A stretch of 64,000 bases of DNA from Synechococcales cyanobacterium (GTDB lineage: Bacteria > Cyanobacteriota > Cyanobacteriia > Leptolyngbyales > Leptolyngbyaceae). The position numbers and the translations under genes were made by a program. Location: NCBI GenBank assembly GCA_043764895.1, contig JAYUJY010000174.1, positions 412 to 64,411 of the forward strand, read 5' to 3'. Every line of letters begins with the position of its first letter. Position 1 is the stretch's first letter. The notes under the pieces are model-generated. The model did not search any database. It was not told the DNA's origin and saw nothing but the letters and a program-made list of their open reading frames with translations. This document shows, in pieces, positions 39,308-46,755 of this stretch.

Positions 39308-39706
39308 TTAACTAGGAACAATAAGCCGAAGATTAGGAAGACCTTGAAAGTCTTTGAGATTGTGGGTAACGAGTTCTAAGTCATGACGAATGGCTGTTGC
39401 AGCAATCCAAGCATCTTGAGAGGAAAGTGCCCGTCCAGATTGCTGAGCATCTGCACGAACTTTAGCCCATGTTTTGCAGAGGCGATCGTCTACGGGGATA
39501 GCCAGGTAATTTGATAGATAGTGTTCGAGTTGGGAAATGCGTCGATCGCCCCACTGTCGTACAAATGCCCATTGATAAAGTTCGGCGATACTCATGAATG
39601 AGAGTGCGAGTTCCTGGCCATTGAGCAGAGATTCGTAGGGTTGAATATAGTCACTTCCTTTGAAAATAAAGGACGCAATATTGGTGTCAATTAAAACAAG
39701 GCTCAT
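39308..39706 (-). CDS. vapC: PIN-domain toxin (VapC family)
   Basis: LIDTNI N-terminal acidic motif and a later AWIAATA...LVTHNLKDF block. Paired with a small upstream ORF. Confidence 0.85.
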   Translation of the reverse strand: MSLVLIDTNIASFIFKGSDYIQPYESLLNGQELALSFMSIAELYQWAFVRQWGDRRISQLEHYLSNYLAIPVDDRLCKTWAKVRADAQQSGRALSSQDAWIAATAIRHDLELVTHNLKDFQGLPNLRLIVPS

Positions 39707-39715
39707 ACTAATTGA

Positions 39716-40006
39716 CTAGAGCGTTTCTTGACGCTGCGTTTGAAGAAAGCTGAGAAAATTTTCAATAGAATCTTCATCGGGCCAAAATGCAGCCGTAAGA
39801 TCTTTGAGGGTTTTAGGGGGAGACGTTTTCTGAGAAGATTGGAGCTGTGAGATCGTCCGACCTTCCCAAAATTCGATGCTTTGCTGTGTTAGAGCAGTGG
39901 GTTCAAGTAAGAGGTTAAGAACTTGTATTCGTTCGGTGCTGGAAAGGGGCTGAATGGCAGCGATCGCAGCTTCAAGTTGGGGTGTCATAGTCAATAGCTC
40001 CTCCAA
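39716..40006 (-). CDS. Antitoxin partner of VapC (small acidic-tailed protein)
   Basis: 96-aa ORF ending 10 nt upstream of the vapC start. The call is positional. Confidence 0.6.
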   Translation of the reverse strand: MEELLTMTPQLEAAIAAIQPLSSTERIQVLNLLLEPTALTQQSIEFWEGRTISQLQSSQKTSPPKTLKDLTAAFWPDEDSIENFLSFLQTQRQETL

Positions 40007-40080
40007 AATTCATGTCGTTCTCTATCATAGTCTTCGCTCGACTAACAAAGCGTAGGTTATGCTTCTCTACCACTGATCGC

Positions 40081-40175
40081 TAATCTGCCGATGGTCTACG
40101 ACCGACCTTGGGGCATCGAACCTGTTGCAAAGTCGATCGCGTCATCGGATGATCTGACAGTCGATCGGCTTGTCC
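40081..40175 (+). repeat. Cassette-boundary repeat family R4, copy b
   Basis: TAATCTGCCGATGGTCTACGACCGACCTTGGGGCATCGAACCTGTTGCAAAGTCGATCGCGTCATCGGATGATCTGACAGTCGATCGGCTTGTCC. Confidence 0.85.
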
Positions 40176-40192
40176 TAAAACAACTTACTTAT

Positions 40193-40579
40193 TCACCAAA
40201 TCACATTGACGGGATACTGAAAGATGTAGCGATCGATGCTAATGATGGGAATATCCTCGACTTGACTTTGGGCGACGAGCAGTCGGTCGAAGGGGTCTCG
40301 GTGCAAGTTTGGGAGCGATGCAACTTGGAGAATGTGGGGTAAGTTGACGGGAAGAATCATGAATCGATTTGTAGTAATTCGTGATGGAATGTAGGTTTCG
40401 GCAGGTTCTGGGAGTGTGAGCTTTCCAGTTCCTTGTTTAATTATGATTTCCCAGCCGTTGATCACGCTAAAGAGAATCGTGTGATCTGGATTGGCGATCG
40501 TGTCTCTTGCGATCGTAGAAAGTTGAGGGTTGTCAGTGACCCACCAGATAAAAGCATGGGTGTCGAGCAGAAACTTCAT
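40193..40579 (-). CDS. vapC: PIN-domain toxin (VapC family)
   Basis: MKFLLDTHAFIWW N-terminus and C-terminal DPFDRLLVAQS, typical of VapC. Confidence 0.88.
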   Translation of the reverse strand: MKFLLDTHAFIWWVTDNPQLSTIARDTIANPDHTILFSVINGWEIIIKQGTGKLTLPEPAETYIPSRITTNRFMILPVNLPHILQVASLPNLHRDPFDRLLVAQSQVEDIPIISIDRYIFQYPVNVIW

Positions 40580-40588
40580 GGGAATGGA

Positions 40589-40906
40589 TTATAACGGGTT
40601 GAGAAAATCATTGAGGAGAGCCTCGGGGAGAGGTGCATTGAAGTCATCTGAAATCCAGACTTTCCCTTGGTCCTGTCCTGGCTTTCTAGGAGAGCTGTTT
40701 TCTAAGATTTGTAGCCGATCGCGTTTCAACCGATCGCGTTTCAACCGATCGCGTTTCATCTGTGCGACCTCGATTTCGAGTTTGACGAGTCGCTCTTCTA
40801 ATACAGAGGTTGCGATGACCCAAGGTCGGTCGTAGACCATCGACTCTTTTCTGAGATGGAACCAGTCGCTGAGTCGAGAGGTGAGACTTTTGAGTGAGAT
40901 AGCCAT
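40589..40906 (-). CDS. Antitoxin partner of VapC, containing a 15-bp x3 tandem repeat and an inverted R4 fragment
   Basis: The C-terminal KVWISDDFNAPLPEALLNDF motif is typical of VapC-associated antitoxins. KRDRL x3 is encoded by the tandem repeat at 40715-40759. Residues MVYDRPWV are encoded by an inverted R4 fragment at 40814-40844. Confidence 0.65.
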   Translation of the reverse strand: MAISLKSLTSRLSDWFHLRKESMVYDRPWVIATSVLEERLVKLEIEVAQMKRDRLKRDRLKRDRLQILENSSPRKPGQDQGKVWISDDFNAPLPEALLNDFLNPL

Positions 40907-40974
40907 GGGAACGTCCTCGATCGCATTTCTACAAAATTATAACAAGGCTATTCACGAAGTTCTCTGCCATCATC

Positions 40975-41065
40975 TAATCCGCCGATGGTCTACGACCGAC
41001 TTTGGGCCATCGCATCTGCTGCAAGATCGATCGCGTCATCGGATGGTCGGACAGTCGATCGACTT
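40975..41065 (+). repeat. Cassette-boundary repeat family R4, copy c
   Basis: CTAATCCGCCGATGGTCTACGACCGACTTTGGGCCATCGCATCTGCTGCAAGATCGATCGCGTCATCGGATGGTCGGACAGTCGATCGACTTC. Confidence 0.85.
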
Positions 41066-41119
41066 CAGCACAAACCCGTCGTCGCAGCGATTTTGCGTTA
41101 ACTTAGAGTCAGTCCATCG

Positions 41120-41749
41120 GTGGGAACTGAAATCATGTCGATCGTCCTTAACGCCAGCGAACTCACGCTCAACGACTTGCATGACCGATTTGCCATCACC
41201 CGCGTCACCGAACCCACATTCTTTTCCGAATGGTACACAGATTTACCTCACTTGAGTGAAGTCGAACAGATTATGCTCGATCGAGTCCAACGGAATTTTC
41301 TGGACCAACTCGCTGCCCGGTCGATCATTGAAGAGACCGTCAAAATGGTCATCGTCTCGCCATTGCTTGATTTAGCCGGATTTTATAGAGCGCCCTACGG
41401 CATCGAATCCGAAGTCCCAGTTCAAATCATTATTCCTAGTGAAGACGGAATCATCCAAGGCCGAATTGATACCTTAATTGTTCAGCACAAGCTTTGGATC
41501 TTAGCTGTAGAATCAAAACGAACCCAACTCTCCATCCATGTCGCGCTGCCACAAGCGATCGCCTATCTCCTCGCTACCCCAACGCCCCAAACAACCGTCT
41601 TTGGACTCGTTACTAACGGCAGTGAATTCCTGTTTATCAAATTCGATCGGACGACAGGTCTGCACTACGATTTATCCAACGTATTCTCACTCCTGAATCG
41701 AGGTAACGATCTCTACACCGTCGCCCAAATATTGAAACAACTCGGTTAA
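41120..41749 (+). CDS. PD-(D/E)xK nuclease-fold protein (HsdR-N-terminal-like)
   Basis: The GRIDTLIV ... LAVESKR arrangement fits a D...ExK nuclease core. An alternative ATG start lies at 41135. Confidence 0.55.
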   Translation: MGTEIMSIVLNASELTLNDLHDRFAITRVTEPTFFSEWYTDLPHLSEVEQIMLDRVQRNFLDQLAARSIIEETVKMVIVSPLLDLAGFYRAPYGIESEVPVQIIIPSEDGIIQGRIDTLIVQHKLWILAVESKRTQLSIHVALPQAIAYLLATPTPQTTVFGLVTNGSEFLFIKFDRTTGLHYDLSNVFSLLNRGNDLYTVAQILKQLG

Positions 41750-41839
41750 TGCCAATGGTCTACGACCGACCTTGGGTCATCGCACCTGCTGCAAAATAGC
41801 TTGGGTCATTGGATGGTCTGACAGTCGATCGGCTTGTTC
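41747..41839 (+). repeat. Cassette-boundary repeat family R4, copy d
   Basis: TAATGCCAATGGTCTACGACCGACCTTGGGTCATCGCACCTGCTGCAAAATAGCTTGGGTCATTGGATGGTCTGACAGTCGATCGGCTTGTTC. Its first TAA is the stop codon of the preceding gene. Confidence 0.85.
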
Positions 41840-41898
41840 ATTGTGGCGATTGCCGTCGAGGGAAGTGGGTTAACGATCGAATTGAGAATGAATCACCT

Positions 41899-42261
41899 CT
41901 ATGCAGTCTGTTGCAAGGTTTGTTTTAGTTGTTTCATCCAAGCTTTGGTTCCGTAGATTCCTTGAAGGATGGAGGGGACGCGAAGATGAATATCTAGAGT
42001 TTCCCAATGAAGGGCGTTGCCGGAGGGTGTAAGTTCGATCGCAGCAATGTCTTTGGGGTCGGCGTCGGCGAGTCCTTGAAGGAGGTGATGAGGGACGGTG
42101 AAGGTGGAGCCGTCTTTAAGTTCGATGACGATGGTATGAGTGGTGCGATCGTAGTAGGCATTTTGCGCGCGTGGTTCGGTTGCGTCGGCCAGCATGGCTC
42201 TCGCTTGGGCGCGATCGAGTTGTTCTTTGAGATTTTCTTCGGTCAGGTTAGGTTTTTCCAT
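41899..42261 (-). CDS. DUF2442-family protein
   Basis: The C-terminal half (IVIELKDGSTFTVPHHLL...IELTPSGNALHWETLDIHLRV) matches the DUF2442 pattern. Overlaps its DUF4160 partner by 14 nt. Confidence 0.7.
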   Translation of the reverse strand: MEKPNLTEENLKEQLDRAQARAMLADATEPRAQNAYYDRTTHTIVIELKDGSTFTVPHHLLQGLADADPKDIAAIELTPSGNALHWETLDIHLRVPSILQGIYGTKAWMKQLKQTLQQTA

Positions 42262-42493
42262 GGATATTTTCCCAGGCTTGGAGAAGTTCGGTTTGGTACT
42301 GAGTCACAAGTTCGAGGGCTTGGACACCTGTACGAGGTTTTCCTCTGAGTTCAATGATGCTCGGAGGGATCGTTTCATTTCCTAAGCTAATTTTAGCTTC
42401 TTCTCCGGCGCGAAAGACATGGACATGGGACGGAAGATGATCGTCGAGATAGATAACAACTCTGAATCCATCTTGTCTCAGGATATTTGGCAT
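42248..42493 (-). CDS. DUF4160-family protein
   Basis: MPNILRQDGFRVVIYLDDHLPSHVHVF is a DUF4160 signature. The start is chosen at the internal ATG at 42493, because the longer ORF abuts the NLR stop. Confidence 0.7.
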   Translation of the reverse strand: MPNILRQDGFRVVIYLDDHLPSHVHVFRAGEEAKISLGNETIPPSIIELRGKPRTGVQALELVTQYQTELLQAWENIHGKT

Positions 42494-42535
42494 TTTGGGA
42501 TGTTGAGTTCGACTGTACGACTTGCTGACTGCCAA

Positions 42536-44935
42536 TCATAAAACATCCTGGCTATGCTGCGAAATCGCTTGAGTCATCGGATGCTCGGACAGGCGATCGG
42601 CTTGTCCATTCGTGTGCGCGGTGATAATTAGATCAACCAATCCATTGAATGTGCTTTCGACGTAGGGATGATCTTGGGGGAGCCGATCGAGGAAGACAGT
42701 TAGAGCTTTTTGGTAAAGGGTTTCGGCTTCCTCGTAACGCTCGAATTGAGTATAGAGTCCAGCGAGATTGTTATACCAAACAGCAACGTCTGGATGATCT
42801 TCTCCGAGATGTTGAATACCGATCGCCAAGGCGCGGAGGTAGAGGGGTTCTGCCGCTTCATAACGTCCCATCGATTCGTATAAAAGCGCCAAATTATTTA
42901 AACTCATTCCTATGTTTGGATGGTCCGGACCTAATTGCTTTTCGCCAATCGCCAAGGCGCGGAGGTAGAGGGGTTCTGCGGCTTCGTAACGTCCCATCGA
43001 TTTGTATAAAAGCGCCAAATTGTTCAAATTCGTTCCCGTAGACGGATGGTCCGGACCCAATTGCTTTTCGCCAATCGCCAAGGCGCGGAGGTAAAGGGGT
43101 CCTGCGGCTTCATAACGTCCCATGGATTCGTATAAAAGCGCCAAATTGTTCAAGCTCGTTCCCGTGGTCAGATGGTCTATTCCTAATTGCTTTTCTCTAA
43201 TCGCCAACGCACGAAGGTTGAGGGATTCTGCCGCTTCGTAACGTCCCATCGGTCGATATAAACCCGCCAAGTTATTCAAAATTGTTCCCGTCTCTAGATG
43301 GTCTGGTCCTGATTGCTTTTCTCTGATCGCCAATGCACGAAGATAAAGAGGCTCCGCTGCTTCGTAACGTCCCATTGATTCGTATAAACTCGCCAAATTA
43401 TTCAAGCTCGACCCTGTGGTCAGATGGTCCGGTCCTAATTGCTTGCTAATGATCGCCAAGGCTCGCAGGAAGAAGGATTCTGCCGCTTCGTAACGGCCCA
43501 TCGATCGATATAAACCCGCCAAATTATTCAAGCTCGTACCCGTGTCCGGATGGTCCGGGCCTAACTGCTTTTCTCTGATCGACAAGGCCAGTTCACTACA
43601 CCGAAGCCCCGGTCCAAATAACCCTTGAGTAGAGTAATAAAGGCTAAGGTTTGCTGCCACAGCGGCGATCGACTCTCCAAAAACCTCCACAGACTGCCGC
43701 TCCGTCAGATCCTCCCAATGGGTCATCCACAGCGCCGCATCCTCCACCTGCCCCACATCCATCGTCTGCTTACACCGCTCCCTTGCCGCCTCTAACATCA
43801 CCGCCACATAGCGCTCCCTTGCCTCACTCCCGTCAGCTCTCTCATCCAGCTTCACCACCAAAAACTCCCGCAGCATCGGATGCAACTGCTCATCCATTCC
43901 CACCAAATGCAAATTCACCAACTCATCCCAAGCCTCCTCAAGCTCTTCCTCATCCCACTCCGCTAGACAACTCCGCACCGCCACCGCAGGAATCCCCGCC
44001 AACCCAAACAAACTCAAAAACGCCCCCAAATATTGCGCCTTAGAACCCTCCTCCAGCGCCAGCCAGCTCACCTCAAAAGCAGCCGCCAAACTCACATGCG
44101 TCGTTGTCATCGGCTGTCCCCGCAGCAACGCCTTCGCCACCAGCCCCTGCCCCTTCAACCGCTCCAACACCACCACAAAACTAGTCCTGAGACTCTTCGC
44201 CAAATACCGCCCCACCAGCTCGATCGCCAACGGCAAATTTCCCAACCACTCACACACCTTCGTCGCCGCTTCTCTCTCCCGATCGACCCGCCCCGTCCCC
44301 ACAATCTCACCCAGCAACCCCAACGACTCCGGCAAACTAAACACCCCCAAATCCAACCGCCGCACCTGTAACCGCTCCCTTGTGGTCAACAGCACCCGAA
44401 ACGCCCCATCTGTCGGCAAATAAGGCCGCACCGCCGCATAATCCTGACTCGTCACCACATCATCCACAATCACCAGCCTCCGCCCCTCAATGCCCTGCCG
44501 CCAAAAGGCATAACATTCCTGCACCTTCTGCACATCACTACTCCTCGTCCCCGTCTCCGGCAGCCCCATCCGCACCGCATAGCTCAACACCTGCCCCACA
44601 ATATCCCGCCCACTCAGCCACCACACCCCTCCCGGATAATCCTCGTCATGCCGCACCGCATATTGAACCGCCAGCTCCGTCTTCCCCACGCCGCCCATCC
44701 CCGCTGTCGCCGCCGCGATCGCCACTCTCGACTCTTCCATCAGCAACCCATGTAACGTCGCAAGCTCCTTCTCCCGTCCCACAAAGGTTTCCGTTCCATT
44801 GCGATCGAGAGTCGGACGTTCTACCGATCGTTTTTCCCCATGGTAATGCGTCCCACCTGTAAAGTTTTGATTGTGATCGCCATCATTATGAACATCATAA
44901 AACTCTTGACGATCGGACGTAAAATCTTCATTCAT
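42536..44935 (-). CDS. NLR-like STAND NTPase: N-terminal short signalling motif + NB-ARC + TPR array
   Basis: Walker A GMGGVGKTELA and Walker B LVIVDDV. The C-terminal half carries at least 7 units of 42-aa TPR (NNLAxLYxSMGRYEAAEPLYLRALAI). N-terminal residues 18-33 (HNQNFTGGTHYHG) match the C-terminus of the upstream gene. Confidence 0.9.
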   Translation of the reverse strand: MNEDFTSDRQEFYDVHNDGDHNQNFTGGTHYHGEKRSVERPTLDRNGTETFVGREKELATLHGLLMEESRVAIAAATAGMGGVGKTELAVQYAVRHDEDYPGGVWWLSGRDIVGQVLSYAVRMGLPETGTRSSDVQKVQECYAFWRQGIEGRRLVIVDDVVTSQDYAAVRPYLPTDGAFRVLLTTRERLQVRRLDLGVFSLPESLGLLGEIVGTGRVDREREAATKVCEWLGNLPLAIELVGRYLAKSLRTSFVVVLERLKGQGLVAKALLRGQPMTTTHVSLAAAFEVSWLALEEGSKAQYLGAFLSLFGLAGIPAVAVRSCLAEWDEEELEEAWDELVNLHLVGMDEQLHPMLREFLVVKLDERADGSEARERYVAVMLEAARERCKQTMDVGQVEDAALWMTHWEDLTERQSVEVFGESIAAVAANLSLYYSTQGLFGPGLRCSELALSIREKQLGPDHPDTGTSLNNLAGLYRSMGRYEAAESFFLRALAIISKQLGPDHLTTGSSLNNLASLYESMGRYEAAEPLYLRALAIREKQSGPDHLETGTILNNLAGLYRPMGRYEAAESLNLRALAIREKQLGIDHLTTGTSLNNLALLYESMGRYEAAGPLYLRALAIGEKQLGPDHPSTGTNLNNLALLYKSMGRYEAAEPLYLRALAIGEKQLGPDHPNIGMSLNNLALLYESMGRYEAAEPLYLRALAIGIQHLGEDHPDVAVWYNNLAGLYTQFERYEEAETLYQKALTVFLDRLPQDHPYVESTFNGLVDLIITAHTNGQADRLSEHPMTQAISQHSQDVL
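42553..42606 (+). repeat. Cassette-boundary repeat family R4, partial copy e embedded in the NLR 3' end
   Basis: TATGCTGCGAAATCGCTTGAGTCATCGGATGCTCGGACAGGCGATCGGCTTGTCC. On the minus strand it encodes the NLR tail GQADRLSEHPMTQAISQH. Confidence 0.7.
42683..43564 (-). repeat. Tandem 126-bp coding repeats (TPR units) inside the NLR gene
   Basis: Six near-identical 42-aa units (aa 458-709) plus a more diverged seventh. The repeats are visible at DNA level (..CGCCAAGGCGCGGAGGTAGAGGGGTTCTGC(C/G)GCTTC(A/G)TAACGTCCCAT..). Confidence 0.85.
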
Positions 44936-45001
44936 GACTAAAAACCGGGATTGCTAAGAAGAATAGATTGAGTGCTAATTTAATGTCTAGACTTAGAGCG
45001 A

Positions 45002-45439
45002 TTAGGCAGGGTGATTATGCGTTCCTCCAGTAAAGTTTTTATTGTGAGAACCGATATTTTGAACCGCATAGCCTGTGCCACCCGTCGCGATGTTTTGCAC
45101 GATCGGGCTATTGTTTTCAATCTGCGTCAACTCAAAATGCAGATCATTCGCCAAATCCTTAACAGCCTTCTCAAAATCCGGCGACTGTTTCCAAAGACTC
45201 TCCAGAAAATTCTTCAGCGCCTGCACTTCTTCCGGTTTCTGCTCAGAAGCCCCAACCAGCGCTTCGACCGCTCGCTTATTCGGATGAATCTTCTCAAATA
45301 CAGCATTCCCTAACGCCGTCAGCTTCGTCGCCGCCTTCATCGTCAGCGTCTTCCCCAGTTCTCCCGCCCCGCCCTCAATAAATTTATCCAACGCAATCTT
45401 ACCGATCGCCATCGCCGCCGCCGTCGTCAAAACTTCCAT
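45002..45439 (-). CDS. Small helical Bell-like effector candidate with C-terminal signalling motif
   Basis: 146 aa from the ATG at 45439, with GGAG 7 nt upstream. Hydrophobic/amphipathic N-terminal helix (MEVLTTAAAMAIGKIALDKFIEGGAGELGK). The C-terminus VQNIATGGTGYAVQNIGSHNKNFTGGTHNHPA shares NFTGGTH.H with the NLR N-terminus. Confidence 0.7.
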   Translation of the reverse strand: MEVLTTAAAMAIGKIALDKFIEGGAGELGKTLTMKAATKLTALGNAVFEKIHPNKRAVEALVGASEQKPEEVQALKNFLESLWKQSPDFEKAVKDLANDLHFELTQIENNSPIVQNIATGGTGYAVQNIGSHNKNFTGGTHNHPA

Positions 45440-45631
45440 CACAAGTCTCCCAATCCTAAATTTAAGGTAGATATTTACTTCTTCGAGGACTAGACGAAGT
45501 ATTCCGCACAATTCTCCCGCTCTACCAAAAATTCATCAAAACCTTCACACGACTCATCTTCGATCGTCATTTCCGGAATTCGATCGACAACCATTGAAGT
45601 TCCACCTGTCACTGATCTGTGGAGCATTCCT

Positions 45632-46714
45632 ATGGGACTTTTTGATAAGATTCGGGGCGAATTTGTTGACATTATCGAGTGGTTGGACAACTCCAATGAC
45701 ACGATCGCCTATCGGTTTGAACGGTTCCAGAACGAGATTAAGATGGGCGCAAAGCTCACCGTCAGGCCAGGACAACGCGCCGTTTTTGTCAACGAAGGGC
45801 AAATTGCAGACATCTTTGATCCAGGACTATTTCAACTCTCCACCCAGAACCTGCCCCTTCTGAGCACCCTCCAAGGCTGGAAATACGGCTTCAATTCCCC
45901 TTTCAAAGCAGAAGTCTACTTCTTTAATACTCGCATCTTCACCAACCTCAAATGGGGCACCGCCAACCCAATCATGGTCCGCGATCCAGAACTTGGACCC
46001 GTACGATTGCGCGCCTTTGGGTCCTATAGCATTCGAGTTGTTGATCCCAGAGCATTGTTAGAAGAACTTATCAGCACCGATGGACTCTTTCAAGTCGATG
46101 AAATCAGCGATCAAATTCGCAACATGATCATGACATCCTTTGCGAATAACTTAGGCTCCAATCGCATTCCACTTCTCGATCTCGCCTCCAACTACGGTAG
46201 CCTTGGCAATACCATTCGCACCACGATGCAGCCTGACGTTCAGCGCTTTGGTCTCGACCTAGCGCAGCTTCTCATTGAAAACATTTCCCTCCCACTCGAC
46301 GTCGAAACCGCCCTCGACAAACGGGCCTCCATGGGAATCCTCGGAAACATGCAGCAATACGCGCAGTTCCAAGCCGCCAACGCGATCGAAGCCTCCGCCA
46401 AAACCCCTAACGGCAGTCCCGGACTCGACTTCGGCGTCGGCATCGCCATGGGCCAACAAATGATGAACACCTTCGCCCAACCCCAGCAAGCCACCGTCCA
46501 AACCGTCCCGCCGCCCCCTGTGCAAACCGCCGTTTGGTACCTCTCTCGCAACGGTCAGAACTTCGGTCCCTTCGAGCCTGCGCAGATGATTCAGCAAGGC
46601 ATGACCGCAGAAACCTTCGTCTGGCGATCGGGCCTACCCGGCTGGCTTCGATCGCGCGAAGTGCCTGAAATGGCCCTGATCTTAGGAACGGTTCCGCCGC
46701 CGCCACCCTCGTAG
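45632..46714 (+). CDS. SPFH/band-7-like (COG4260, virion-core-like) protein with C-terminal GYF_2 domain
   Basis: The N-terminus MGLFDKIRGEFVDIIEW...VRPGQRAVFVNEGQ is typical of this SPFH class. The C-terminal WYLSRNGQNFGPFEPAQMIQQG...FVWRSGLPGW fits the GYF_2 pattern. A Pro-rich linker separates them. Confidence 0.75.
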   Translation: MGLFDKIRGEFVDIIEWLDNSNDTIAYRFERFQNEIKMGAKLTVRPGQRAVFVNEGQIADIFDPGLFQLSTQNLPLLSTLQGWKYGFNSPFKAEVYFFNTRIFTNLKWGTANPIMVRDPELGPVRLRAFGSYSIRVVDPRALLEELISTDGLFQVDEISDQIRNMIMTSFANNLGSNRIPLLDLASNYGSLGNTIRTTMQPDVQRFGLDLAQLLIENISLPLDVETALDKRASMGILGNMQQYAQFQAANAIEASAKTPNGSPGLDFGVGIAMGQQMMNTFAQPQQATVQTVPPPPVQTAVWYLSRNGQNFGPFEPAQMIQQGMTAETFVWRSGLPGWLRSREVPEMALILGTVPPPPPS

Positions 46715-46755
46715 AAACGCCCATCCTTCTTTGTACAACAAACCACACTGCACGA

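Noticed and set aside
40091-40342. 83-aa + strand ORF starting MVYDRPWGIEPVAK, and the similar ORF at 40881-41255
   Set aside because: Both begin inside R4 repeat copies and then run antisense through, or into, neighbouring genes. The MVYDRPW start is a property of the repeat, not evidence for a gene family.
39228-42606. Interpreting the R4-bounded cassettes as a classical integron cassette array
   Set aside because: No intI-type integrase, attI or Pc promoter is adjacent; the only tyrosine recombinase is 11 kb away at 27721-28764 and looks Xer-like. R4 does not show the imperfect-palindrome R''/L''-L'/R' organisation of attC sites. Cassette genes lie in both orientations. The observation is kept as a repeat-bounded array, not as an integron.
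43651-44862. Long Pro/Ser/His-rich + strand ORFs (43651-44043, 44033-44371, 44380-44862) opposite the NLR gene
   Set aside because: These are low-complexity shadow ORFs antisense to a gene with clear NB-ARC and TPR motifs. They have no start context and no recognisable domain.
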